The notes under the pieces were generated by a model, which saw nothing but the letters and a program-made list of their open reading frames with translations, was not told the DNA's origin and searched no databases. A program made the position numbers and the translations under genes. Positions 1 to 13,360 of a stretch of DNA of 64,000 nucleotides are shown one piece after another; the first letter of the stretch is position 1; every line of letters begins with the position of its first letter. This DNA comes from Tubiluchus corallicola (Eukaryota > Animalia > Priapulida): assembly GCA_030141605.1 (NCBI GenBank), contig JAQGDQ010000004.1, forward strand, positions 1,240,001 to 1,304,000. Reading direction: 5' to 3'.

Positions 1-399
1 TATCAATCAATCATATAACTTTTAGATTACTTTACAGTCACGTCAGTGACGTACATGGTAATATACTCAGCTGACATGGTTATAATGTACAATAGTATAG
101 CAAACTTTTATATTACTAGTCTTGCAGATGCAATTAAAGTGAACATAAGCTTATTTAAACCTACAATGTCTTCTCTGTGACGCTGACACCACAAAAGGTA
201 CAATTGCCCGACATGTCTTAGCTTCATTTTGGAACAAAAACTTCGCGAATTTCAAAGTAGATAGAGACATTTTCGGAAATTCAATAAAATTCACGTGTTT
301 CTTCCAAAAGCGTGGGCTCCACAGAAAAAGCCGTCAAATGACCAATTAGATTCGAGGTTTTTAGGTTTTTCTAAAGTCAGAAATATAGTACGGAGAATC

Positions 400-503
400 C
401 CATTGGCTGGTAAACGTAAGGTGCCCTTCATTCGTTGGAAATACTTGGAAGTACAGTATTTTGGGCTCTTCTATTTTGAGCGTGGTTTTCAGCGCTTAAC
501 GGG
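400..503 (+). other. NNT: Probable non-coding first exon of NNT (5' end uncertain)
   Basis: Strong donor GG|GTAAGT after 503. The ATG exon begins at an acceptor (TTTATAG|G, 921) only 8 nt before the ATG, so an upstream exon is required. The start coordinate is a guess. Confidence 0.5.
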
Positions 504-640
504 GTAAGTAGCATATCTGTTTTCATTTCATTTCATTGCTTACTTATTCCACTAGAAACACTCTACAAAAGTTTAGCAACTACCTACTTGATTTAGACGA
601 TACATTCTATGCCAATCTTTCAAATGTACAGTAAAAAGTC

Positions 641-690
641 AAGATGGCTGCGTCCATAGCTTATCATTATGTTACCGGTTATGGCGGCGG
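641..690 (+). promoter_or_regulatory. YY1-like motifs near the NNT 5' end
   Basis: AAGATGGCTGC (641) and ATGGCGGCGG (681) resemble the YY1 consensus AANATGGCG. Motif match only. Confidence 0.25.
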
Positions 691-928
691 TTACTGTGCT
701 GTCCACTCAACATAGCAAATTATCTTGTAGCACATCATGTTTCTGAAGATAGAACTCGATACTATGATCGTAATTATAATACTTAGCTCATTTTTATCTG
801 TCTATTCGAACAAAACTGAGTGTCAAACAACATAATTTATGTTTTTTATTTAAATAATAAATTATTTTTGTTTGCATTGTTTAAGCAATCTACTTTTATG
901 CCAGTTTTTTGCGTTTATAGGTACAACA

Positions 929-3900
929 ATGGCTCAGCTGTTGCGAGTCTACATCAGAGCCCCGAAGGCTAGTTCTTGGTCTGTAAAGAACGCTCAAACT
1001 TACACTCGTCTTTTCTGCACTAAGGCAGAGAAAAGTGAGCCTGCAGTTCGAGGCACCCCATACAAAGAGCTCAGCATTGGCATTCCAAAAGAAGTTTTCA
1101 AAAACGAAAGGAGAGTTGCCATTACACCAGCAGTAACTGCCACATTCACAAAAAAGGGTTTCAGTGTTAATGTTCAAGAGAATGCAGGTGCTGAAGCCAA
1201 GTTTTCCAATGCCGAGTACGAGGAAGCCGGGGCAAAGATCACTGATATTAACAAAGTGTTTAACAGCGATATTGTGTTGAAAGTACGTCCTCCTATGACA
1301 CCTGAGTTGCCACTGTTCAAAGACAATGGCACACTAATCAGCTTTTTGTATCCAGCACAGAACAAAGATTTAGTGAATGAACTTGCAAAGAAGAAGTTGT
1401 CTGTTTTTGGGATGGACTGTGTTCCAAGGATCAGTCGTGCTCAAGTTTTCGATGCATTGAGTTCGATGTCTAACATCTCGGGTTATAAAGCGGTTGTCGA
1501 AGCAGCTAATCATTTTGGAAGATTTTTTACGGGTATGCTTGTTATTGTAACCATTGACTAACTGACGACCATAACTTAGACCTCATTTTTTAGTTACGTA
1601 AATTATTTTTGTCTTTTGATTTAGTTATATGATTTGATTTTTGGTGTAACTGCAGTACTGTCTATTGTGATCTGTGTTAAATGGTAATATTATAAGTACT
1701 TGATCAATATAAGCTGACTGCTGAAATAAATTACTTTGTTTTTCAGTGCTCACAGATTCAGCAGCCATTCGTGAAATTTTTAATTGAAGATTACAGTTCT
1801 GACTTCCACCCCCTTTCCTTTCCCACACTTATTTTGGAAATGACTAAGTATAACCTAAGCCTGTTTGTTACTGATAGCTGTTTGCCATTGCAGGTCAGAT
1901 CACTGCAGCAGGTAAGGTTCCTCCAGCTAAAGTTCTTGTTATTGGTGGTGGCGTTGCCGGTTTAGCATCAGTCGGTACAGCAAAAAGTATGGGTGCCATT
2001 GTACGGGCATTTGATACGAGAGCAGCTGTGAAGGAACAAGTGCAATCACTTGGAGCTGAATTTCTGGAAGTTGAATTAGAGGTATTTGAATATAATTAAT
2101 GTGATGTTAACTGTCTTTATTAAGTTTGCTTAAAGTTCATACTTTTGCTACTTAAGTTTAGATTCATATTTTATTACCTACCTAGAAATTTTATGAAGTG
2201 GCATGATTGTCATATATGGAATTTTTTTGCAATTTATTTCATAGGAATCTGGAGAAGGAACAGGAGGCTATGCTAAAGAGATGTCACCGGAATTTATTGC
2301 TGCTGAAATGGAATTATTTGCCAAACAATGTCGTGAAGTCGACATTGTAATCACCACAGCATTGATTCCAGGGAAACCTGCACCCAAGCTTATTTCCAAG
2401 GTGCAACTCATTAAAATGTTGCTAAAATGTGTACCAGTTATAAACTCGTGAACAGTTTGAATCAAATGTGCTTTTGCGCACTATATATGATTGATGAATT
2501 TAATTATACAATTTATATATGTTTGATATAGTGGACGTGTGTATTTGCACATAGACATATACCACATTTTAGGGAGTATATAGTGAGAATTAATGTGTTA
2601 CTACAAATTTGCTATTTTTTGGTGGTTGGCAGTTATATTGCTCAGCCTATAGTTAGCTAATTGAAAGTACATAGTATGTTCAGAATGGTTTCGAGTGTTA
2701 CATTTGTTAATTGCAAAACATAACACAGAATGAATAGTTACACAGAAGTAAAAGTAAATCATTGCTTTCAGTCCAATTGACATACTTTTCAAAACTAGAA
2801 CGTACCAACAACACAAGACAATAATCAATGACTATTTAAATTTTACCTTTGATTTTGTAGGAAATGATAGAATCAATGAGAGATGGGTCAGTTGTTGTAG
2901 ATCTTGCTGCTGAAGCTGGTGGAAATATAGAAACAATAAAACCTGGTGAAATTTACAATTACAAGGGAGTAACACACATTGGTTACACAGATCTACCCAG
3001 CAGATTACCTACCCAGAGCAGCACTCTCTACGGAAACAACATCTCTAAATTATTGCTTTCTTTTGGTAAGTACCCATTATTTTTATTAAATTCTTTTCCT
3101 TTATCTGTTTTTAGTGCTGATTATAAATCTTATAATTTCAGCAATATTTTATTTCACTGTAAAATTCAAATTTATTGCATTCTGTCAGGATTTTTATCTC
3201 GGTCTTCAGATAGACTTACGTCATAGATTTCCCAGTTGGCTTATTCTATGCTATTACTGATTTTTGTTTGTTGTGATGGTTAACTAAAGTTCAATAACTT
3301 TACCATCTCAACTACAAACTGTAATATCAGGAGAACGTAGTGGCCCTAATCAGTGATCAGATGAAGGTCTTCCCAACCAGAAAGTCAAGATGGAAACTAT
3401 GCCTAAAATTTAAATGGCACTGTGTAGCAGTGAGATGGTAGGTTTATTTTGTTGATGAAAATTAATGATCTCAGAAAAAACACTGTAAATATATGAGGTC
3501 AAAATCATCCACTTAAAAATGTTCTTTTCTACTCTGTGGCATATGATTGTATTCCCACGTTGTAGCACTTTTAAGTTCACAAGGCTTTTTGTTTAAATTA
3601 TTAAAAGCGCTTTGGCAAGTTATATACCATTATACATAAGTTTTCTTAAACTAATACAGATTGGTGGATGATAATTGCTGAACAAATTAGTTAGACATTT
3701 CTACCTGGCTCACAACTTTCCAGCATTTTTTCATCTTGTTAACTGGTAGATTAATTGCTAGTTTATTAGTTTACTAATTTTGACTTATCACATTTAGAAG
3801 CCACTGTTGCGTTATAATCAATTAATTTGATTAATTAAATTGCTTGTTATGCCTGTTATGAAATGGGACTAAAGATGAGAAGCCTTGCTGGATCAGTGCC

Positions 3901-6900
3901 TTCCTTTGTAGGTCTACAGAAGGCTAGAATATGCATATTATAACTGCAAGCTCGCATGTCCAAATATCGGTGGGATCACAATTTTTCAACATCTTTTTTA
4001 TGTAGTCTGTGCATCATAGTGATTTGTTGTTCATTAGTTTAGCATAAACTATTTATTCATTCTAACTGTACAAGTAAGCTGTTATTGGTGGAAGATGTTA
4101 TTATGTTTTAATCAGCCAGATTTTTTGTATTTCATTGCCACTATAGACAACATTGACCCATATTTTTAATTGCTTTATAAAAGTACGTTATATTATAAGC
4201 CAGTACTTAGTGTGTGAAATTGAGAAGTGGCTATGATTTATGCTTTGTTTGTCTTTTGTAGGTGAGCAGAATCATTACTATTTGGACATGGAAGATGAGG
4301 TAGTTCGTGGTTCAATTGTTCTGCACAAAGGAGAAATGATGTGGCCGCCTCCTCCTCCAAAAGAGTTGTCACAGCCCTCGGCTCCAGTACCTAAAGTAGG
4401 GGCAGCCATTGCTCCAGTAGAACCCAACTATTATGCTGACACTATGAAGAATTCGATTGCATACACTACAGGTGACAGACATTAGTCAAAGTATTAGGGC
4501 TAGAAATGATTATTTCCAATTTGTTAATTGCATCTTTAGAAAGGCATTTATGAAGGCCGTTTTTTTTGTCATTTTCAAAAAACTTGTTTTTAGTGCAATT
4601 TAATTTTGAGCTGATATTGACAAAATCTCTGAAATTTCAAAAGCTAGTTTTTTTGAACAACATAACCTATGACAATTGTATTGTTAAGATTTATAATTAA
4701 TTTCTATAGGTCTAGCAAGCATTGTTGGCATTGGTGCAATTGCACCAGACATGAACTTTACTACTATGTGTACCACCTTTGGATTAGCAGGAATTGTGGG
4801 TGAGTTTTGCATTCATCTACGTTTTAATAAAGTGTCATCTTGTATGCATTTAATTGTGTAGGTTTGTCATTGAATTTATTTTGCTTTGTTATTTATGATC
4901 GACATGACATTTTAACCTCATTAACTTCTTGGCGAAGAGTTGAACATCACTCTTGACTAAGTATCATTTAATAACATGTGTACTTTTCTACTGTTATTTT
5001 TTGTTAGGTTACCATACTGTCTGGGGTGTTACTCCAGCCCTACATTCACCACTCATGTCGGTGACGAATGCCATTTCTGGAATCACTGCTGTAGGTGGAA
5101 TTCTGATGATGGGTGGTGGCATACTCCCGCAAACCACACCTCAGCTGCTGGGGGCAATCGCTTGCTTTATTTCTAGTATTAACATCGGCGGTGGATTTCT
5201 CATCACTAAAAGAATGTTAGACATGTTTAAAAGACCAAGTACGTGAACTGTTGTTTCATCTTATTGTAGATAAACAAACATTCCTGGTGATATTTTTTCC
5301 TCATTATCTAAGAATTATCTGTACGGTGATTGCTTATTTTAATAGTTTTGTTGTTGAATTGAACGTGCTTTAATAAATGTGTTGTTTTGTAAACATTTTT
5401 TAATAGCTGATCCGCCTGAGTACATGTACCTGTATGCACTCCCAGCTGCATTATTCTTGGGTGGTTATGGAGCCACAGTACTTAATGGTTGCCCTAATGT
5501 TCATCAGATGATGTACCTTGCATCTTCATTGTGCTGCGTCGGGGCCCTAGGAGGATTATCTAATCAGTCAACAAGTCGGGTTGGTAATATATTGGGAATG
5601 ATTGGTGTTACTGGTGGCGTAGGTGCAACTTTAGCAACACTGGATGTATCAAATGAAATCTTCTATCAAATAGGAGCTTCAATGTTAGTAGGTATGTTAT
5701 AAAATTCTAATAAACATTTAACATTAACAGTTTTCCTTCTAGCTCTGGCATTTAATGTTAAATTTAATAAGAACAAATGTCATGGTGAAAATGAAAGAAT
5801 TTTGACTCTCACTTGATGAGGTAGTTAAACTTCATTGATAATAACTTTCCATAACTGTAACTTATGTTTTTGCAAAAAGTTTGTGCATGTAAGTCTGCTT
5901 GGTCTGTCTTCATTGTATTTAAATTATTTCTTGTACATTTTAACGTATCTAATTAAATTTTAACATTCATGTTTCAATAGGTGGAGCCATTGGTACTGTT
6001 ATTGCAAACAAGATAGAGGTAACAGACCTACCACAATTGGTTGCCTTATTTCACAGTTTTGTTGGTATGGCAGCGGTATTGACTTGTATAGCAACATACA
6101 TGCATGAGTATCAAACATTTGCTACTGACCCGGCAGCTGATGTCGTGAAGACGTTCTTGTTTCTTGGTACATACATCGGTGGCGTAACTTTCAGTGGGTC
6201 TCTCGTGGCTTATGGCAAGCTGCAAGGTATGGAATATTACATTTATCGTAAGGAATTAGCATGATTCATACCACGTTCTTAGATCGTGTTTTCTAGGACA
6301 AGTGCAGTTAGTGTGCACCTACTGTTTTGGGTATTTCTTACAGTTTTTGTCTTCTTTCATGCTATGTTTTAATAATAATAATATGTGTTTATAAGCTTAA
6401 AATTAGGATTGAATAACAATGTAGTGAAATTCACATCTGGAGTCTGTGTGCAAAAACATAAACTCTAGTGTAAAACATTTACATTTTTTAAACAATATCG
6501 GTGCATATTGGCAGCATGGGAAACCTTACATACAATGGCTGTGTTAAGGGTGTTAGATGGTGTAATTGCATCTATTTGTATAGAATAAAATAAAATTAAT
6601 TAAGGTAAAAGTAAAGTTTAATTACGTTTTTAACTTAATGCAGAAAACTAATGTAGAGTTGTTTATGTTTAGAAATAATAAGAAAACTAAATAAAGTCAG
6701 GTATTCGAGATTTTATGAACCACACTCTCAGGCTTCGAGCCATGCACAACATGGTCGTTTGGAGACTAATAATTACTAGCGAGCTGACGAAACTCGACGT
6801 CTTTGCACTGCTAGAATTACAATCTTGTTGGTTTGTTGTTGAAGGGTGTGCTCATAGATGTAAGAAACTACATAGTTCCAACACACTCTTTAATTTCTAT

Positions 6901-9900
6901 TGGTTTTGCTTTTAGTCATAGCATTTATTTCTAATCTGAAAGACTAATGGGTCTCGTAGACCTCAAGTATGTTCAAGATAGAAAATGTCATCTCACAATG
7001 TGTTTTTAACCAACCTAGCATTTTCATGTAGGGGTACAAGTTCTGCAGACATGTCAGTCTAATGATCATGCAGTGATACTCAGACTGCGGCAGGCTCATG
7101 GCTCTTGAAAAGTATAGGTGTTGTTTCTCAAAAGCATATGCAGTTTTTTAGCTTTTTACATTCATTTGCTTTCATCTCATTTTACATGAAAGAATTGCTA
7201 CAAAATGCTAAAACTTCTAGTAAAACTAGTCTAGAATCAATTTGTAAAGTTCCTTAGCTGAAATAAAACTGCCCACTAAACTTCCCTTCCTCATGTTCGG
7301 CTAAATAGTTTTACCAAAAATAATTTCTTGTGTTTAGTAGTTTAATCATGCTTTCACACAACATTCAAGAGTTGCTACATAGCTTGAACATGTCTGAGTA
7401 TAGGTACATGAGTATAGGAACGGATATAGTGGGAGTTTGTTACGGCTTGTTACTTTTACTATGCTAATATCACCTCAAGTGCAACTGCTTGTGTAAATAC
7501 AATCTGTGGCGGTGTGTGCATCTTGCAATCTAAATTCAAAGTTTGTAAAATATTACTAATGAAACTTTCTGAATATCAATATTTGTGTCACATTTACTTT
7601 ATTCAAATTCATAACTTGAGAATTAGGTTTAATGGACTTCACTGTTCTTACAACTATAACCAGTACCTTTGTTTCTAAAGTTACACTGTTACAGCAGCAC
7701 TACATCACTATCAATGTTTTAAACTTTGTGAAAGCTCAAAAAAACAACAATTGTACTTGCAAGTGAAAGCACAACTTTAATTTATTTTTAAATCAAATTT
7801 TTTTATTAAATTTAAGGTTCAAAACTGGCTAAAATGCAGGAAACGCATCAGTTTCTGGGGCTCGCAACCCCCCACCCCCGGGAGAGCTTACAGAGCTCCT
7901 CCAAACCCCTGGCTGTTCCAGCCTTCAAAAACTTCTGTATCCATAACTGCTTACATATGTCTCAGTCAGCTATAAACCAAGTTGCAGTGTCGATAGAAGT
8001 TTGTAGCTCATGGCAACCGGGGACTCAGGTTTGGGAAACTGTGTTGAATCTATTATACCTTTAACAGATGTGTAATTCCTCTGGCATAAACGAACCACAA
8101 GTATGGTGTTGTTCTCAGATCAGTTCAAACACCACCAGTGCAATGATAATAGCACTTTAATGATAATTACAAGTAAAATAAGGTGAGTTATGTTAAGGTA
8201 AACTGCACTATAATAAGGTTAAGTTAACTTGTATTCGTGATCTCAGGATTAGTGATGGCATGAAAACTGGAAATGATGTCAATTTAAAAAAACTTTGAAA
8301 TTTTTGAAAATGCATTGTACTGTTAGAGAAAATTATGCAGTTTTACATGCCTTATTAATGTTTTCAAATTAGGCTTGGAAAGTCATGTTGTCTATTAAAC
8401 TTGTTCAGTTCGCTATCATAAGTTTTCTCATATTCTCATAAGCCTCTCATCTTTCTTTCACTGATTCACACAATATCTTATTACAGCCATAGTCTTGATA
8501 AGGTTGCATAAATTTAGCAGAAATCTATTTGCATCTGAAATGCAATAAAAGCACTTTGAAGGAAAGACTGATAATTTGTTTTTAAGAGCATGATAGAATA
8601 ATACCTTGTCGTATCTACCTTAAATGATATGAGTGCAATAAATTAATCATTTTCTTTTCTATTACGTATGTAAAGAATACATTAAATTAGTTCTTTCTTA
8701 TTAGGTCTGTTAGACTCTGCTCCACTACTTCTGCCCGCTCGTCATGCTTTAAATCTTGGACTTCTGGCTGGTAATGTTGGGGCAATGGCTTGGTATATGA
8801 TTGACCCTTCATATGCTGTTGACATGGGATGCTTGTATACAACTGCTGGTTTATCTACAATTATGGGTGTTACATTAACTGTAGCAATAGGAGGTGAGCA
8901 TTAGAATATTTTTTCATTTGGGTAACCTGAACATTTTGCTGTTTTCAACAGTGAGCAACTTTTTCCAAAATTTATAATTTTAATACCAAAGTGTAGATAT
9001 TCTATCTATAACCTATCTGTACTTTATTTTGTTTTTTTTTGTCTGTTTTGGGCTTTTCCCTTGGAATTACAGGTCTAACATGATTTGAATAACAAAGTTA
9101 TAGTGTAACTGTCGATGAAGGTGGCATTAACATTTTTTTGCAATGTAACTCTTATTTGGCAGGGTGTCAAGTCTTGATACGTTTTCTAGGTGCTGACATG
9201 CCTGTGGTTATCACTGTACTCAACAGTTATTCAGGGTGGGCTCTTTGTGCTGAAGGTTTTATGATGAATAACAATTTGATGACTATTGTTGGAGCACTTA
9301 TTGGTTCTAGTGGAGCCATCCTTTCATACATCATGTGCAAAGTAAGTTTTATCAAGGTGTACAGTCTTTGCTCATAAAGTGTGTAAAATGGAAGGAAATT
9401 ATGGACTGCTTTTTATCTTGAAATTGTTCTTCTATTAGTGTAGAAGTAACTGCTTAATACTTTAATAAGAGCTTGACTTTCTGCCAGAATTATGTTTGTA
9501 ACCCGTGGATTGCAAGATTGAAGCCCGGGAGTACTGCATTCAGTTCTGTGATCACTCAGCATAAAATTTGGCAAATAAACATTGGAAATCTTGTATTTTT
9601 AAGAGCAGTCAACAAATGGCATGCAAACATTGCTTGCAACACATATTTCAGTTAGTGATTGGTATTTCAACCCTATCTTCAAATCTCTCCTGTCTTAAGC
9701 CTTTAAACAATATTATGTTATTGAAATGACTCATGTATGATATAAGTACAAGATGGATAATTTTCATTTTATGATGATGGTTTTGTTGTTCCTAATTCCA
9801 AGATCCAGTAATAAGCTTGCTTCCAATCATGAAACCCCACTATTAAAATGAACCTGATTTGAGTACTTTTCCGAATCATGTACATTTTGTCATATTATTA

Positions 9901-12900
9901 TATGACATTCATAAGTAGATCTTCGGTTTTTAGCTACTGTCACTAAAACATTTTCAAATTAACACTTCGTTTTGCAAGTACAAGTCTTTAACATGTGCGC
10001 GATTGCAATGAACAAGCCAGAAAACAGTTGCAATATATTAAGAGACGAAATCAAATTTTATTCTCGATTATAGTGTGTTTTTCTAATTTTTGTTTCAATT
10101 CTCAGCAATCAAATGTGGATGTAATAATTAAGCAATTGTCATTTGTACTTTTTATTACACGCATATCACTGTTTGCCAGATAAAAGCAGTAAGAAGTCGA
10201 CCAATGAGCTTTTACCATTTTTATGTCGTCTTACTTCGCTTTTGTGCACTATAATATATGTAGAAACAATCACATTAAGTACAGTTTGTTACATTTTGCT
10301 TGACTACACTGATATAATGATGTACAAACAAAGCAACAGCCGGCCAATTAGCAGTCAGCTTGCGAAACAATGGACTGTGTCTGTAGTATGGAGGATTTTT
10401 TAACAGTCCAGGTTTTGTCCGATGCTTTCGATATCCATAAAAGCAAGGTCTGGCAAATCGAGATATGAGTGTATTTCTATGCAGTATGATAATTGCTGAG
10501 TTATACTAATCTTGTTATTATAGATTGTTCTTGTTCCGAGATAACAATTTATATGATAGTTTTTTGTATTTTTGTGAATCTTGTGACAATGATGTCACTT
10601 CTATTTTTTGTAGTAAATAATGATAGATCATAATAAATTCCTGCCTTAGGCAAAAGCAATGGATGTTTATTGACTTGTTCATTAAAATGGGTACTTTTAG
10701 CAGGCAATTAAATCCCTACAAAAGTATCTAACACCAATGTTAAAGCTTTTTTTCCATGATAGCTCTGAAATGGTATTCAAAGCCCCTGGAACATATAACC
10801 AATTTGCTAATTTAAATAGATTACTTAATTTAAAATTTTCTTCCTCTTTAACTCTAGGCCATGAATAGATCATTGCCTAACGTAATTCTTGGAGGTTTTG
10901 GAACAAGCTCAACAGGAACTGGGAAAGCACAGGAAATCACCGGAACTCATACGGAAGTTAATGTTGACCAATCAGTTGATATGATAACTGCTGCAAAGAA
11001 CATAATTATCACTCCAGGGTGAGTAAAATAACCTGTGCCAAAATGTGTGTATTTATGCTTATCCATGTATTATAGAAGATTATAATAGAACTTGTGTGCG
11101 ATGTATTTGTTATTTATTGGTGTAAATAGTGGTAAAGTAATTTGAGTTCTACCAAAGCATTTGTCAATGATTTTGAAATGTACTATTTTATCTTAGCCAT
11201 TTTTAGGTTTCTGTATATATTTTGCATGTTATTCATTGAGTTGTATAACAGGTAGTGAAATAAATTAGCCCAGTAGCTGAGGCCGATTTGTTGCAAGGTG
11301 ATTAGCCAAATGGTCTGGTGTGTTAGTTATTACCGAACTTATACAGTGTCGAAGCTGGAGAGTAAATGGTTCATGACTGCCTGGGTTCATTCCTCACTAG
11401 GGATGTTTTCGTTTGGCATGTTGATTCTGGCTGTCTACTTTATTTATCTACCAAGTCCTGCTACTGAGTGCTGGCTTTCGACTTGCAGTGTTCCACATTG
11501 TTTAAGAAAGTGAATGTATTACCAGCCTGGAATAAACTGTTGTAGTTGACTCCACGCATGCAGTGATACAACTATTTATGTTGTTACTGTCGCCTGAACC
11601 AGAATAACACAATAATTGTCGATTATCTTTTCATTAGAGGTGTAATACTACTTTAATCAGTACCTTTTTGATCTGAGAATTATTTGTTGTTTTCGTAGTA
11701 AGTCTTTAAATATTTATCTTTGAAGGTTTTATGGTTGCCCAAAACAGGAAGACACTTCTGCCAGTTCAGTGTTTCATCTGAGAGTATTGTCCTTTATCAT
11801 GAGATAAGTTCTGGTTCTGCCACAGCTATCGATGTTAAATAGGTCTTGCTTTTTAGTGGTTGAATGGTACCAAATTGTTTAATATATTTCATTTTGCTTT
11901 ATGTAGGTACGGTCTTTGTGTGGCAAAAGCACAATACCCTATAGCTGAAATGGTGGATTTCTTACGAAAAAAGGGGAAAACTGTGCGATTTGGTATCCAT
12001 CCTGTGGCAGGTTGGTAAAAACAATATATTGCTTACAAACTGGGTTTGGCATGCAACTCATTGTAGTGACTTTTGTTTTATTTTTTAATTCTATAAATTG
12101 TAGTTGTAAATGTAAAGTTTCAATATTTTTGTCCGCATTTCGTGATGTTGATAAATCTGGAGTTTAAATCTGTTTGGCGGTATATTGCATTCTTATTTGC
12201 ATTTCTTCTCTATTTAACAGTTTTGCTTCTTGTAATTTTGCTTTTTTGACAATTGTATATAATATTTTGAAGGACGAATGCCCGGTCAACTGAATGTGCT
12301 TCTAGCTGAGGCTGGTGTTCCCTATGACATTGTGTTAGAAATGGATGAGATTAATGATGATTTTCCTGAAACTGATCTTACGCTGGTAATTGGAGCTAAC
12401 GATACTGTTAACTCAGCTGCAGAAGACGATCCAAACTCCATTATTGCTGGAATGCCTGTACTACGTGTATGGAAGTCAGAAAATGTAAAGTTATTTTCAG
12501 TTAATTTGTTGTAACGTTAACTTGAAAGTTTTCATTGACAATCAACATTATTTTAACCAAAAAGCTGCAAAACACGTTTAAAAACTTCAAATTTTTTAAT
12601 ATTGCCAAAGTTGTAGAAAATGGTTTCAACTTCCACATGAATAGAGTATTAATTAATAGTGAATTAAAGTAATAATAAGTTTAGACCAAGTTTTTACTTA
12701 ATTAATAGGTCCATAGTGGAAAGTTTAGCATTCTTTCTTTTAACATTTCTGTCAGAAAATTCAGCACAGGAATGCTTCTGTATGCAAGTGTAGACCAAAC
12801 TGTAGTAATTAAATTTTGTAGACTGGCTTACAAATCACTTCTTCTTAGAACTTCCTAAATCACCTCTTCTCTAACATGAATTAGGTAGCCGTTGTTTGTC

Positions 12901-13360
12901 ATCCCTGTTACCTGTGCCTATGTTACTACGTTAACAGTAAAGCGATCGTTCAGTCTACCTGATAAAAATTAATGTCCTTATGTTTTAGATTTCTTTTTGT
13001 ACTGATTTCTTTTTCAATTCCAACATGTACCGAAATGTAATGTGATCATTGAGACAAATAAATGTATTGATTGATTGATCGACAGAACTATTTAGTCAAC
13101 AATCTTGGTTTTCTGCAGATATTTTTCATTGACTCAAAGTTGAACTTTTTTATCCTTGCTAAGGCAGGCAGTGCTGGATATATAATTTACATTTTTTTTG
13201 TTTTTAGGTGATTGTGATGAAGAGAACTTTAGGTGTTGGCTATGCAGCTGTTGATAACCCTATCTTTTACAAACAAAATACGAGCATGTTACTTGGAGAT
13301 GCTAAGAAAACGTGTGATGCTCTCCTGAGTAAGGTTCAAGACCACTATGGTGCTCACTGA
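929..13360 (+). CDS. NNT: Mitochondrial NAD(P) transhydrogenase, dI-dII-dIII fused form, 1061 aa, 15 coding exons
   Basis: Exons joined in frame at GT-AG junctions: 929-1532, 1894-2081, 2245-2400, 2861-3065, 4262-4471, 4710-4799, 5008-5238, 5407-5691, 5981-6226, 8705-8893, 9190-9341, 10858-11018, 11907-12010, 12273-12484, 13208-13360 (3186 nt). Motifs: [32 protein letters not shown] (NADH fold), [44 protein letters not shown] (NADPH domain). The N-terminus is basic and presequence-like. Confidence 0.96.
7504..7949. mobile_element. Degenerate hAT-like MITE in NNT intron
   Basis: Ends CTGTGGCGG... and ...CCATAACTG resemble CAGTGGCGG-type TIRs. The internal GC-rich block GGGAGAGCTTACAGAGCTCCTCCAAACCCCTGGCTG looks like a common invertebrate interspersed repeat. 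No clear TSD. Confidence 0.3.
11295..11540 (+). mobile_element. Possible tRNA-derived SINE in NNT intron
   Basis: A-box-like TAGCCAAATGG (~11303) and B-box-like GGTTCATTCC (~11384) in a GC-richer patch ending near AATAAA. Degenerate. Confidence 0.3.

Noticed and set aside
3881-3983. H/ACA snoRNA-like layout in an NNT intron (AGCCTT...AAGGCT stem, AGAATA, later ACA)
   Set aside because: The second hairpin does not pair convincingly and no pseudouridylation pocket is evident.
6779-6797. CTGACGA/GAAAC hammerhead-like core
   Set aside because: The two core strands overlap with no stem II, and stems I and III cannot be built.
9771-9857. ATGATGA...CTGA box C/D candidate in an NNT intron
   Set aside because: No terminal stem flanking the boxes and no recognisable rRNA or snRNA complementarity.
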